In this document: piece after piece, positions 50,783 to 64,000 of the stretch | How positions within the stretch are numbered: position 1 is the stretch's first letter | Layout of the letters: every line of letters starts with the position of its first letter | Origin: Podarcis pityusensis | Lineage: Eukaryota | NCBI GenBank assembly: GCA_964106645.2 | Contig: OZ067041.1 | Reading direction: 5' to 3' (one strand) | DNA length: 64,000 nt | The notes under the pieces: model-generated | The model's database searches: none | The model's input: the letters and a program-made list of their open reading frames with translations, nothing else | What the model was told of the DNA's origin: nothing | Translations under genes and position numbers: made by a program

Positions 50783-53129
50783 GTAAGTAATCTGCCATGG
50801 CTATTGGTTCTAATCTACTTTTCTATAAAAAGGTAGATCCAATTAATAGAAAATCTTGCAGGATTTGTAAAGAAGAATGGTGAGATGATTCTACATATTG
50901 ATTCTTAATACCTGTGGGTTTAATAAGGAGATAGAACCTTCATGTGGGATTTTCAGACTGCAAATCACTGACACAACCCTTTCTCACCACATTTTTTGTC
51001 CTGTGGAAGCGACTGCAGTAAGGTATTTTCCTGAACTATGAAAGTAGCACCAGAAGTTCTGAGCCACATAGGAAGAGCCCACACACTGGCACAGGGAGGA
51101 ATCACAGCATGAGGCCTGCAGCTTTTGTTACTGTCTCAGAGTTGCAAGAAGCAGCAGTGCTGCAGCCACTCCCATGTTAACCATGAAACATGAGAAGCAG
51201 CAGTTAGTTATGCCCATGCAATAATTTGATAATGATTAGAAGATGCATTCTAAATAGTAGCTGGAGGACTTTGTTTAATATGACTGTACAGTGCTATGAT
51301 GGCAAGGTGTGAAGTCCAAACTCTTCTAATATATTGATATTTGCTATACAGTATTACAGCCTCACTTATTCAGATAATTTGCATGAAATTCAAAGCTTTG
51401 GGAGGTAAAGATAAATAGGAAGATTCTTCAGAGTTAGAGCTGATATGAGATTCCAAAGAAGAGTCACAGTAAATTCAGATAACAATGTGTGTTGATTAAC
51501 TTGGGCAATGCTGTGTATACATTATCCTACATTCTAACATGATAATTGAAGCTGGTGGGTTTCCCATCAAGGATGTCATTGTCATGATTGAAGGCAATAA
51601 AACCTCCTCCTCCATAAACCAAAGCACATGGGAGCCCCTACAATTTCAGTGAGAGAGAGTTTATCTGCCTCCCGTGTACATCATTTTGGCCTGATTGTTC
51701 AAACATTTTGTGCAGGAATTATTTTTTTTTCATGCATACAAAAATGAATCATGTCAGCATTTTTGCAAGCTTATGTTTTATAGTCATTGAGGTAGAATTA
51801 AAGTTTTTAATTCCTTAAAATAAAAGGAGTCACTTAATAGAAAAAAGTGCTTCTGGTAGATATTATTCAGGCACATGAACTAGTCAAAACTGAACACGTG
51901 TAATTTCCAGTGAGTTGAGGGGGAGAGTTTCAAGGGTGTGGTTAACTCTCCCATTGAACTGAAAATGCTTACTTTTGGCAGAATGGTACTTCATGGCCCT
52001 GATCCAAGTGTATGGCTGCAGCAGCATGTCACTGATAGTCTCATTAATGCTGTGTGCATTCTGGCTGCTGACTTGGGCTCCCACCCAGTGCACCTAGCAC
52101 ATGTTTATGGATGCAGCTCCTTATCTAGCTGGTGATAAATACACAGAACCCTTTTTCCAGGTGTGCATTCCTCTAGCTTGATCGTAACATTGGTTTTAAA
52201 TAACGTTCTCTGTTAGAGGAGTTGCTTGGAATTTCATTATGCTTTTTACAAGCCTTATCTCAAGAGCTGCCAATGTAATCGTTTGGGGTTTTTTTTTTCC
52301 ATTTGAAGGAATGTTAGACATATTATCATGCTCCTGATACCCTGAAGAAAAATATTCTGTTTGTTTTGAATGGATGACAGTGCTTTTTAAAGTTAATTAG
52401 GAGGAAATGTTCTAGTAGCTGAAATGTCATCGGGATAAAAATGAGTATTGCACAGCACCTCTCTGTCATACATCGAAACATGGGCATATGGAAGATCTGT
52501 GTTTTTGAGTACTGTACTAAAAGTGTGCCGTAGAAGAACTGCAAAATAAAAGTGTGCAAATACCCCCAGGTTGGAGAGAATCTGAACCACTGCTGTGATG
52601 TGTTGCTTTTCTGTTCCTTTGTATGAAGAATGTGTGACCATGAGAAGGTTGCAGGGCATCACTACATCATGGTCAGCGATCAGGGATAGCTGTAGTCCAA
52701 CAACATCTCCATGATCACATGTTCCCTGTCCCTGTTTTATTGATGTGTATGGCTTTACAGACAAGCATCTATAAAACAACTCACTTCAGCAGTTGTAGCA
52801 ATTTTTTTCCTATGTGGTAGGATTGGGTGCAATTAACACATTTCCCCCAACTCATGGTTATTACATTGTTTTCCATCATTTGTAGGGGTAAGAAAGACAT
52901 TCTGAAATGTTAATTATGTTTCTAAAAATAGATTGGCAGGTAGTCTGTAAATCTGTAGAATGGAAATTTCTAGGAAGAGAGACTTTAACACCCTTCATGT
53001 GGCTTTTTAAAGACTATTCCATTGCACTTAAAGTCACCATAACTATTGACATAGAAAGGCTATATTTTAATGGTGTGTGTATGTTTGTGTACCTGTACCT
53101 TTGTGTTTTTGTGCATGCAAATATATATG

Positions 53130-53264
53130 CAGTACTATTTTTCTAGAAAAAGAAGTGCCGGAACTCACCACGAATGCCTCCCTTCTTCTCTTATAATGGC
53201 AATGGCGCCCACCTGAGAGGTGCCAGAACTGAGTTCTGGTGAGTTCTGGCTGAAAAAAGCCTCG
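53130..53264 (+). mobile_element. ~135-bp hAT-type MITE, copy 1
   Basis: TSD tatatatg/catatatg. Homologous to 54009 and 56098. Confidence 0.85.
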
Positions 53265-54008
53265 CATATATGCAAAGAAATGTAAACTGTATATTTCAGA
53301 AGTTGCTATAGATTTGGCTGGTGTTTCTTAAAGGGACTGGCTCAATCTATCATAGTGTGCATTGGTAAGTTAAAGGGCAATGCATTTTGTTGGAGGAAAG
53401 AATTATTTCTTTCTTTTCAAGAATGTGAAATAGTTAGAAATATAAGAACTCGTAGCAAGGAAGAAACAGAGGTCAGAACCAACCTTAGCAAAATGTGGTT
53501 GTTGTTTTTTTTTAAAAAAGAGGGTGCACAGTGTACCACGTTCAAGTGTAATGTCCAAGTGGATCTTAGGCTGCAATCCTATACTCTAGGATGAAACCCC
53601 ATTAAACTTTGTGGGATTTACATCGTATTAGGCATGCATAGGATTGTGCTGTTGCTTTAGTGATCTTTTTTATTGGTCAGTTAGTTGTATTGTTGATTTT
53701 AGCATTGTATGTCACCATGGATGCCTTTTGGCAGAGAGGCAACTTACCAACAGAGTAAGGCTATATTTTCATGCACACTTTGCTTGGAGTAAGCTCCACG
53801 GAGCACAGTGTGACTTACTTCCTAATAAACATGCATAAGGTTGTACTGTACAGGAGTGGATGCAGGAAGGAAAAAGGAAAAAGAAAAGGCTCCAATGTGA
53901 CCTTAGCCTTGCTTTAGACTCCAGCCTTCACCATTTTATAATACCTCGTGAAGGTCTGCTATTCAAAGGGGGGGAAATTCAAAAATTTCACTGCCTCTTG
54001 TCGGAACC

Positions 54009-54144
54009 CAGCGCTACTTTTCTAGAAAAAGAGGTGCCAGAACTCACCATGAATTCCTCTATTGTTCTCTTATAATGGCAATGGAACCCACCTGAGAGCT
54101 GCTGGAATTGGGTTCCAGTGAGTTCCGGCTGGAAAAAGGCCATA
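54009..54144 (+). mobile_element. ~135-bp hAT-type MITE, copy 2
   Basis: TSD tcggaacc/tctgaacc. Confidence 0.85.
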
Positions 54145-54317
54145 TCTGAACCTAAGCATTTATTATATTCTGTTGCCCCAGAAGGACTAGACTCAACGTG
54201 TGAAAAATGCAAGGAAGCTAATTTTGGCTATAAATTAGGAGAAAGACTAGGAAAGTGAAGCAGGCTGCCTAGCCCCCAATTTACTCGGCTACGAGTGATT
54301 GCCAAAGAAGAAGGTGG

Positions 54318-54443
54318 GCGCTGATAATGCCAAGTCTGCAGGTTTGATCCCTGCATGGGGCAGCTGCATATTCCTGTGTTGCAGGGGGTTGGAGTAGAGG
54401 ATTTTCAGGGTTCCTGCCAACTATACAGTTCTATGGGTCTATG
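54318..54443 (+). mobile_element. tRNA-head SINE with CR1-like tail, degraded
   Basis: gctgataatgccaag..caggtttgatccc, then ttcctgtgttgcagggggttggag..ccaact..ttctatg. Confidence 0.6.
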
Positions 54444-54631
54444 AGTCCTTCACTGGAGGCATTTAAGCAGGGATGCTATAGTCACATCTTGTATAGCCAG
54501 CAAGAAGTTTAGGTGACCTCTATGGTAATTGGCAGCTCCATAATTTCAAGATTTTGTATTCTTGTGCTATGACACATAAGACTTAATAGCAAACATAATG
54601 AAATTTAAGATTTCCCCATGTTAACTTAGAG

Positions 54632-54911
54632 CAGGGGTTGGCAAGGTTTACCTTGCCTGGGCTGGTTCACTCCCGCAGAGATCGCTCTGTGGGCCAGATC
54701 ACATCTGCGCACAGCAAACGTGATTTCCAGCATCTGTGCAGATGCAGTTTCCGGCACCGTGGAAGCGAGTCCCCGCTCCATGCTGCACTGGTTTAGCACA
54801 GTGTGCCGGGACTCGCCGAGCGGGCGGCTCAGTTCCTGGGCCGCTCGTGGGCTGTTTAAACGACCCATGTGGGCCACTTGTGGCCCATGGACCGCAGGTT
54901 GCCGACCCCTG
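54632..54911. mobile_element. hAT MITE, short variant of the 49688 family
   Basis: TIRs CAGGGGTTGGCAA / TTGCCGACCCCTG and perfect TSD ACTTAGAG. Confidence 0.93.
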
Positions 54912-56097
54912 ACTTAGAGACTGTCTTAAACATTAAGCGCTATATAAATATATTAAATGAAAGTTAAATAAATGCTGTGAGCGCTACCTAATGCTGTGCA
55001 CGCGGAAGTCGCTCAGGCAAAGTTCACCTTCTTCTCCCTGCTGTGGAGACACCTTGCACAAGTGATTTCCTGATTGTATGAGACCTCTCCACTTGATTTT
55101 TGGCAGTTCTCCCACTGCAGGCTCCCTGCCACTTCCCAGACCTCTGCTGAGAGTCTCCTGATCCTCATGGCGTTTTTCAGGAGGCTGCGAAGGCAGGAAA
55201 GCTCCTTTACAAAAATGGACTCTCTCTCCTTTGCAATGCATTGCCTACAGCTTATTTGAAGAGCTGTTCTTCTGGGGAAATTGAAATAGATTGGAACTGA
55301 AACACACCTGCATTGAAGAACTAAATTTGATAGTAAAAGATAGCAGTGCCACATACCGGTGTGGAGTTAATTTCAGAAAAAGCAGTTAATAAACTGCATT
55401 GGTCACTTAAAAAAATAAATAGATTGCTAAAGTCATATATTGCAGAACTATTATGCGGATGAACCAGGTTTCCACTTCTCTTTATCTCTTTACAGTGCAC
55501 AACATATGATGGAATTAATTACCCTTACATTCAGCTGTACAAACCGCTAGTAAGGAATGCTTTTGTTATGCAGCCTACAAGTTTCAGATGTAATTTGGAT
55601 TCTGCACACTGTCTGGGATTCTTCACTTGTAGCAGATAAGTGACAGATATGGAACCAGAACTGGAAGTGTTGACATACTCTGAGAGAAGTCGTTTCCATA
55701 TCATTTTCAACTAGGATCAGAGGTGAAAAGGATTGAAATCCTGTGGGGAAACCTGTCCTCTTTGCACCACTTTATGGATCCCAGCACTTCATGCATTGCC
55801 TGTGCTACATGCATAACCAACCAATAATTCACAAAACTTGACTTTAGCCACGCAAGTAGTGACCTGCTGCATCTCTTGATTGATTTATTTTTGGGAGCAG
55901 GATCATGGTGGAGCAAGTCCCTATTCCTGCCATGTAGGTGGCCTTATTCAAGTGTGAGGAGATACTGTGTCTGCAGACCCACCCTACATTTAAGCATGTG
56001 GTATCCTGGGGACTGTGTTTTACTACTCACAATTCCAAGCTCCCTTAAAAAACTACAGTTCCCAAGATTCTTTAGGGGAAGTCATGTGCTTTAAAGG

Positions 56098-56233
56098 CAG
56101 GACTTTTTTCCAGCAGGGATGTGGGGGAACTCAGTTCCGGCACCTCTCAGGTAGGCACCATTGCCATGCTAAGAGAATGAGGGAGGTGTTCATGGTGAGT
56201 TCTTTAGCCTCCTTTTCTAGAAAAATATCACTC
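56098..56233 (-). mobile_element. ~135-bp hAT-type MITE, copy 3 (inverted)
   Basis: Perfect TSD TTTAAAGG. Reverse complement of the 53130 and 54009 copies. Confidence 0.88.
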
Positions 56234-57947
56234 TTTAAAGGCATGGTGTGTATGCAGCTTGTGTTGACAGCCCATCCTCTGCATATAGTCCCACGTTATT
56301 CTGTTATGGTTTGATAGTCTGAATGGGCTCAGAAAAACAGGGGAACTTTCATTTCCTGGTCACCATACATCAGTGCACAGATGCGGGTGGCTAAGGCCAA
56401 GCAGGGAGTTTCAGGCCATCCCTGTCTTTGCCACAGCTGATATCCACCAGCTGCAAACAGCCTCATCTTGGCTGCTTTTGCAAGGTCCACTTGGCAGTCA
56501 ATGGGCGGTGAGGATGGAAGAATCAAATCACACTTCTTTCCAGTTGTAGCAAGTGGGATGGAGCAACGAGCTGCTCAGTGTCTCCAAGCAATAGCTAATG
56601 GCTATTTACACAGGCTTTGTTTTGAAGTTGTATTGAACAGAAGCTGAATTTAGAATGGTTTCTCAAAGCAGAATCAATGAGAAGACTGATGGTTGACATC
56701 AGTATTAGAATTCAGCCACATTTACACCCTTCAAAACATATCCACCCATTTCAGTGATATTTAGAGAGGGGGGAATGTTCACCTGGTAAGTAGAAGCAGG
56801 AAGCATTGCCCCTCCTCTGATTTGGCTTCTTGCTGTCACAAACCTAAATCTGATTGATCATGTGGTGTTGTATTGTTATCACACTCTTATTATCCCTGAT
56901 TGGCTGGTTCACAGAGCTATTAAGGAGAATAGCCCTCTGTAGAAATCCAAAATGGAAAAAAGATGGGAAATTAAATGGTTTGGGGGGGGGCACAGTCTTT
57001 CAGAAAATATTTTGAGCCCCCTCAAACTTTTTTCCAACCAAAAGCATTCACTAAAGAAAATTCATTCAGCACTTGCCAGTAATGAGCTATGAGGAAATGA
57101 GGATATTCTAGCACTTCTCTTATGTGCATTAAGTCGGGAGTGCATTTTAGGAGTCGGAGGTTCCTGTCCCCCTGACCTCTCCATATTGTCACCTTATTAA
57201 TACTCCCATCAGTAGCTTAGAGCTTGCTTTTCAACTCATCCGTGAGAAAATAGCTTTCTGCCTTAGGGAAATGTATAGGACTAGATACAATACAAAATGA
57301 AAGGGAATGTGACTAAAGGTAATCAATATTTTACAGGTGACATTCTATTATATTTAAATCAAAGTCAAAGAAGAAAGAAGTTTAGCTCATGGTGGATCTT
57401 TTATGTAGGCTTCAGAGGGCTCATCCTTTATTTAAGCAAAAACAAAAAAAAACCACTTGAAGGCCACAAACCAGAAGTTCAGTGAGCTCTATGAGCCCAG
57501 CATGATTTCAGGCATATATTATATTATCAAATGGTGGTCAGCGAGCTCTATCACCTTTTTTATGCAGCAAACCACTTTTGAAACTTCATGAAGCTTTAAG
57601 TATCTGTAGCCCAACAAAATGTCAACAAGTTTCATTCGCTACAAACACACCCTTGGATGTGTCTAAAGAGACTCCCAGGATTGCGACGTGCATTTCCTCA
57701 GTGTAGTTAACCTGTATATTTAAGACTTAACCTAGGAAGGAGCAAGGTAATGGTTTTGGTACACCAGCCATGCAATCTCATCTTTAGCTGAAACCTAAAA
57801 TGTTAACTTTTGCTAAAGTTACTACAGAGCCACTTGTCAGCTCAGAATAATTCATTTTCATTTTTAATAGGGTGGTACCACTGGTAAGTGCAGCGTGAGA
57901 AATTTTCACATGATTTACATTTAGTGATGAGCAATCATTGCAACCAG

Positions 57948-58438
57948 GTACATAGCTCGGCAGTGGTACACTGCTTTGCATGCAGAATGTAGAGGTGGAT
58001 GGATCAGCCTATTTCTGGTCCATCTTAGTTTTGCATGTGAGTCTGTTCCATCCAATTTCCACACCAGACTGTTTGCTTTTTGCAAGAGAATTCACATTAT
58101 CTAATGCATATTTCCACAAAATACGCACTTTAGAAGTATTTTATCCTTTAAAAAAAAAAAAAAACACCCTCGTTTTCGCAGCCATTTTGTTACATTCTTT
58201 GAGTGGAGCTGTATCACAAAATTTGGCAAAAACTGAAGGATAGCTGCGTTCTGATCTGTGTTGTCTGTCTGGAAAGTATGGATTAGGTCAGTTCACTTAA
58301 GACCTAACAAAATCCTCAAGCATCCCTAGAAGCAGGGTTGAGGTTCAGTCCCATAGCATCTCTGCAGTCCGAAAGATCTCCCCTAGCAAGGTTAGAATAG
58401 GCTTCTATCCGAGACCTTGGAGAGCTCCTCTCAGAGCC
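57948..58438 (+). mobile_element. Squam3-like SINE split by a DNA-element insertion (~57990-58327)
   Basis: Head catagctc..agtggta..ctgctttgcatgcagaa resumes after the insert as ggttcagtccc..gcatctc..gagaccttggagagc. Confidence 0.55.
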
Positions 58439-59211
58439 AAACTAAATGGGACAGTGGGAGATTTGTGACCAGATATCAATGGTTTCAAACAAACAAGCAG
58501 TAAATGCAGCTATGGAGGTGTTCATTATTTTCTTTTTCCCTCTTCTTACACCATATACTTGGTTTCGGAAGGGCACAGGGCCTTGCATGATTATAGTCAA
58601 CTTATAAAAGGACAAAGAAATTTTGTTAGAAGAAGTACACGAAGGAGCACTCTGGTTATACATGCTAAAAGAATGGTAATCTAATCTCATGCTTCAGAAG
58701 TAAGGTGATTGCCAAAGGGGGTTCGGAAGCAGTACTGCTCTTGCTAAGCAGCATTTCATATTTCAGAAGGTACATTATAGATTTTATTTTCCCCCACCCT
58801 CTTCTGAAGCCCTAAGCAAGGGCTCTGAACGTACATTGATGGATCCATAGCCTGATCTGGACTGGCAAATTCTTTGATTCCTGACTCTTCTTCTTTGGTA
58901 TTTCTTGTAACCTGTACTGAACTTCTGGCCCTTTATTGGACCAGTTATATAAGCACACCCACACAATTTGTAATGCAATTTATTCAACCGCAATTCCAGT
59001 TGAATATGCTACTAACATTTTTATTCCTTGTTATGCAGCATTCCTTTGGCGGGGAAGGGGGGAATTTTTGGTGAACCTGTGGAAAAAGACAATACGCATA
59101 TTTATTTAATTTTAGGCTTCAGTTTGGAGTAGAAAACTTAAGAATATATTTTGTTTAAGGTATATACATATATATGTAGCATGGGACCTTATCTTACATA
59201 CACTCATCCTT

Positions 59212-59807
59212 TGTCATGCAGTGACTGGATGCAGAGGAGTGGCGGAAGGTACCACCTGGGGAACCCCGAAGAGGAACCCTGGGAAAGAAGGCCCAGAGCC
59301 AGGGGATTGGTGGTGGGGTGACAGTGAGTGGTCAGAGGGAGAAAAGGGGGCAGACTGGCAGGAGGAGGTGTCAGAAGCTGAAAGGGCAACAGGGTTTAGT
59401 GAGCAGGAAGAGGCTGTGGCAGAGAGCAGTCCAGAATCAGATGCAGAAGCAGGAGAGGAGTCAGGAGGCAGAGTGGAGGCAGGCTGCTGAATGAGTCAGG
59501 CAGTCTCCCACTCCAGCTGTGACCCAGCTCCTCTCCCCCCTGGTCTCCTAGGGCAAAGGACAGAGCAAAAAGAGGCAAGATGAAGGAGCCTTAGGATGCT
59601 GGGGGAAGGAACCAGGGGACGAGCCTTAGACAGTGGTAGGAAGGTGGGGATCTTCAGTCCTTGCAACAGCCTCATTGGGGAAGGACCTACTGAGAAGAGT
59701 TGCTGTGATCACTAGGCCTATGCTGTTTTGGGTTCTTTGAATAAAGAGTTAACTTCACTGACCCTGGGTGTTTTATTGCTGACCTGCCCACACTCCAGCT
59801 CCTGACA
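59212..59807 (+). mobile_element. Probable solo LTR (~600 bp)
   Basis: TGTCA...TGACA termini, AATAAA at ~59740, purine-rich U3-like body. TSD not convincing. Confidence 0.65.
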
Positions 59808-59825
59808 TCTGTAGGCAGACTGGCC

Positions 59826-60023
59826 CAGGGCCAGCCCAAGACATGTAGGCACCTGAGGCAAACCCCAAAATGGCATCCCCATCCCTGCCAGGAAAGAAGG
59901 GGTGAGGGAAGATCTACATCAGGACAAAGCAGGAAGACAGATCAACATTGGGATCTGCTGCCCCAGTGAATCCTGCCACCTGAGGCAATCACCTCACCTT
60001 GCCTTATAGGTGGGCTGGCACTG
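59826..60023. mobile_element. hAT-type MITE
   Basis: TIRs CAGGGCCAGCCCA / TGGGCTGGCACTG. TSD gactggcc/gattggcc. Confidence 0.85.
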
Positions 60024-60879
60024 GATTGGCCATATTCCAATTCCTCTCATATAGCTCTTACATAATTTTATCTTCTTTTATTTTTTTAATTAGGTTCTGG
60101 GGTGGTGCTGTGGAATCTGGAGCAGTAACTAATCTAATCATTAGAATTAGTCAGGGCGGACAACGGGACCAACTAAGTAACTGGCTTGTAATGAATGTAC
60201 CATGTTAGCAGGGTATTTGTTCTGACGTAATATTATCCTTGCCTGAAATTTCAGAGCTTCCTATAAATAACTACATCTATAAAACTTTATTGTAAAAACC
60301 AGCTTCTGCTATCATCTTTGTATCTTTTATATCATACTAGCTATGTTTTTAGGAAGTATAAAGTGAATCATTACCTTCAAAAACTATATATAACAAGAGC
60401 CACTTTAACAAAGATAAGTAAACCTGTCCTAAAGTTTTCTAAAGGAAGTGCTTCTCAAAGTATTTAAAATTTCCTTGTGATCTACTAGTAACACTAGATG
60501 AATGGATACTGTACAACAAATGAGAAAAATATGTGGGTGCAGTGACGAACAAGCTTTGCATAACATTTTTAAAAATATCTAATTAGACATCCGCAAATAG
60601 TCAAGGACAAAAAGGCACCATGAAGAAGAAAAGAAAATATGTTTTTTTTCTGAGTAACACAGTCACTGAGTTACAAAACAATATTTACAGTAGCGATATT
60701 GCTTCTGCATTAGCATTGTGTTTCAAAGTGTTATGCAACTGAGCTAGTTAGGCGGCTTTTGTAGTTAGGGGGCTTCTGTAGCCCACTTTGACTTGTTTGC
60801 AAGACACTTTGCAGATACGGTCACTTGGCATCCTCTCTGACATGGATGCCATGTTGATAATGGAATCACTACTGAAGAT

Positions 60880-61380
60880 CTCCTTGGTGTCTTCTTTTTG
60901 CAGTTGCCTAGATCAGCTGCATTTGATTTCTCCTGGAAATGGAGACAAAGTGCTTGGAGAAAAGCAAGCCATGACTTGTGTACTTGACCTCTACCTTTTC
61001 TGGCTTGTGATAGCCAGTCATGAGAAGCTTTGTCTGCTTGATGTGTAGGATCATTAATAGTTCTTTTTTGCGAGGTTATTTCCTGCCATGTTGAAGATGG
61101 TGGTATCATTCCTACTAACTAAGCAAGCTTTAGATTCTGCTGACCTTAATGATTGCAAATTAGTCTCAGGTACCATATAGGGGCACGTTGCTAAAGAGGG
61201 TAGTGGGTAGACCACTGTAGGTGTCTGGATAAATATGATTTCTTATGTATTATAGACCCTTTGCAGTCTGTTTCCAAGCCTTTAGGATAGAAACTTCATT
61301 GGCTAGCCTAGTTGATAACCTACACTGGGAGAGGATGACTCTGTTAATTACATTGACGCTCTTCGCACCTTTTGACAACA
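60880..61380 (+). mobile_element. Old L2 reverse-transcriptase remnant
   Basis: Frameshifted motifs TCVLDL..WLV, IINSS..G.FPAMLK, LDSADL, DPLQS.F, ET, DN, FD are collinear with the L2 RT N-terminal region. Confidence 0.7.
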
Positions 61381-61848
61381 TAATTCTGAGATGACAGCAG
61401 TATCATTCTGGACTGCCTTTCCAGGTTGGGAATTTCTTGTTCTGCCTCTTTCCAGAAAGCAGGTTCTAAAAGGTAGTGTTGGAGGACTATTTTTTCTTCT
61501 GGTTGAACTTATTGAATGAGTTTCACAAAGTTCTTTTTAACAGCTACCTGAGACAGCTAGGTAAGCTTATCTTGCGGGTATGGAATTAGGAATCATAAAT
61601 ATACCAATAACATTCAGCACGCCTCTTTTTTATCAGATCCATATTGTGATCACTTTCCTGCACAATTATCTGGAATCAGTGGTGCACTGGATGAGTGCTG
61701 TCCAAACAGGACAATATTAATGATAATAGGGGAATCAATAGAACACTTAATTGGGGAAATATCTGTTATGAATGCAATCATTTAAAAAAATTCCTTTCCA
61801 CAAGCAGTTCAGAGTAGTTAACAAAAACATAGCAAACCAAATACAATA

Positions 61849-62091
61849 CAGTGGTACTTCAGGTTACATACGCTTCAGGTTACATACACTTCAGGTTACA
61901 GACTCCACTAAACCCAGAAATAGTGCTTCAGGTTAAGAACTTTGCTTCAGGATGAGAACAGAAATTGTGCTCCGGTGGCACGGCGGCAGCAGGAGGCCCC
62001 ATTAGCTAAAGTGGTGCTTCAGGTTAAGATCAGTTTCAGGTTAGGAACGGAGCTCTGGAATGAATTAAGTACTTAACCCGAGGTACCACTG
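61849..62091 (+). mobile_element. Tc1/mariner MITE, second copy
   Basis: TA-CAGTGGTAC...GTACCACTG-TA. Near-identical to 30185-30426. Confidence 0.93.
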
Positions 62092-63565
62092 TACTGAAAC
62101 CCATGTATTGTATTATTTGCATACAACATCAATATTATAACAACATTTTTTTAAAGAAAAGCCTTTGATATTTTTTATAGTGGATATATTTTACTGCTTT
62201 ATTGTTAGATTTGTTTTTAGTTTTGCTGTGATTTATATATCTGTTGTAAGCCACACAGAGTTTGATTGGATCCTGTCACTGACTCTACTCTTAGCAGCAA
62301 ACATGTATGCTTTCTCTAGTAGATAGGAATGTAGGGTGGGCAACAGGAAACAGTGTAAAGGCCAGAAACAATGTATTACAACAGATTTTTACTCAGTTTG
62401 TTGTCACTTGTATGTAATCAAACAGTTGAGAACAAAGCTATAGTGTTTTAGATAGCCAAAAAAAATCAAACCAATTATTTACAACATGATATCCTTACTG
62501 CATGTCAGAGAGTGACATCAATATGCACAGTAACAATTCCAATTGCCAGAAATGTTTAAACCTAAAGAGAGTGCCGTATCTGGTGACTTAGCATATATTC
62601 CTTTAAGCAAACTTATAATGAAAAATCTAGATCAGGGCAAAAAACCATTACAAGTCCTAGTGCTCAGATTCAAGTCTATGAATGTGAATTCAATTAATTA
62701 AATTTAAATATTTAAATCGTGTTCACCCCTGAAAGTGTCCATCACGTTGCAAAGAAAGTCAAATGCTTATTTTTATTGCCATCAGAATCCACTCTAGAGG
62801 AGCTAAATATAACAGATAAAAAAGAGGCTCTGCCTCACCTCTAACTAAATAAGCCTCATAATCCAGTCTTCTAAATAAGGTTGTATTCCTAGAATAAAGA
62901 GCCTCCAGAGGATTCCCCAAGTTGCATTCTGTGGTTCCTGCTTTCCATGAAGAAAAATACACTTTTTGCAAACGTGTTTATTAGCTGAATTTTGCTATAT
63001 TAATAAAAGGGAGAGAAAGGGTTGAATATCATTTATTTTGCCAAACAAACATAATCACCATGCAAGGAGCACAGTCCATTCTGGGGTCAGTTGGTCTGTT
63101 TTCCTTTGCCCCTTTTGGCTAGTATTTGAGTTAGTTATGAACTGTCACATCAAGATCCAGGCCATCGGCCATATTGATAGCTGAAGTGTGTGTGTGCAAA
63201 GAGAGCTAAGAGAGGAAGATCAACCTCTGAAAAGATTTGCATTAAATAAGGACCCATTTATAGAGCATTATTCCACACTGCTGGCATCCGTCTGTCTCAG
63301 GAGACAGTGGAGGAGTGGGCCTTTGTGGGTGAGGTCAGGCTGATGGAAGGTTGCAGTGCCTGATGTGGCTGTAGAGACCTGGGACAGATGAGGGCATCCA
63401 GTTGTGCTGTTGCAGGTGCACCATGGTGTTTCTTCTCTCTGTGCTCCTGCCAACAGGCATTTCTTAAGAGGGGGTTTTGGGAGACTCCCCCATCTTTGCT
63501 CTGCCTTCCCTGCTAGAGTGGGATGACCGCCTTTATGTGATGCAACTATATTAATGCCTCACACT

Positions 63566-64000
63566 GTTATAGCAGTAAGAGGTGGAGCTCCATAAGAGAC
63601 AAAGGGAAAACAGTGAGAGGTGGAGATCTGTTGAGAGTTTGGTTTTCTAGCAGCTTTTGGAGTGAACATTAGTGGGTTGGCAACAAGCCAAGTTAAACCG
63701 TACGTGAGAAAGTCTGCTTGGAGATAAGGAAGCCTAGCAACAGGTGGCGATTGGCTAAGTTCTTCCTTAAGCAGAATGACAAAGTAGTTTTCTTGTTGGA
63801 GTATTGGAGTGTTGAAGTTTGGAAAGAAGTTTGAATCTAGTCTGTGTATATAGTAACTTGTACAAAGCTGTGCTTTACTCTGCTGTATATAATAAAACTA
63901 GCTAAAAATCAAATTACTAGTCAAGCAAGTTCTGTTCTGGTTCGTTGTCCTGGAATTGTACGATTTGGCAGCTGGTAGCAAGAGTTTTGGTTGAGATCCA
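63566..64000 (+). mobile_element. Possible LTR followed by a PBS-like motif at the window edge
   Basis: TGTTA start, AATAAA at 63891, then CA followed by TGGTAGCA (63973-63980), resembling a tRNA-iMet PBS. Truncated by the window end. Confidence 0.3.

Noticed and set aside
63285-63525. Possible RTE-like LINE 5' fragment
   Set aside because: The resemblance was too vague to support a call without a database search.

Overview
Eukaryotic (vertebrate) genomic DNA. The repeat content (Sauria SINEs, Squam3-like SINEs, Bov-B, L2, CR1, Rex1, many MITEs) points to a squamate, probably a lacertid lizard. The window lies inside the FGF14 (FHF4) locus, transcribed on the + strand. A ~2 kb CpG island (~17.1-19.1 kb) holds the promoter, 5' leader and coding exon 1a (18910-19105). 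The 104-bp exon 3 is at 50679-50782. I could not find the 111-bp exon 2; an assembly gap (47113-47244) sits roughly where it is expected. Exons 1b, 4 and 5 were not seen and should lie outside the window. Everything else is intron, and nearly all supplied ORFs are chance ORFs or transposon fragments. I found no clearly new biological system. The best leads are: a multi-uORF 5' leader with a GCG-repeat poly-Ala uORF and a possible cryptic 5'UTR intron; an exon 1a donor embedded in a GT microsatellite with an in-frame alternative donor; a 1-aa insertion next to the A-type FHF inactivation peptide; an internally deleted L2; a perfect 21-bp hairpin; and clusters of inverted MITEs/SINEs. Comparisons with human FGF14 and repeat-family names are from memory, not from database searches.
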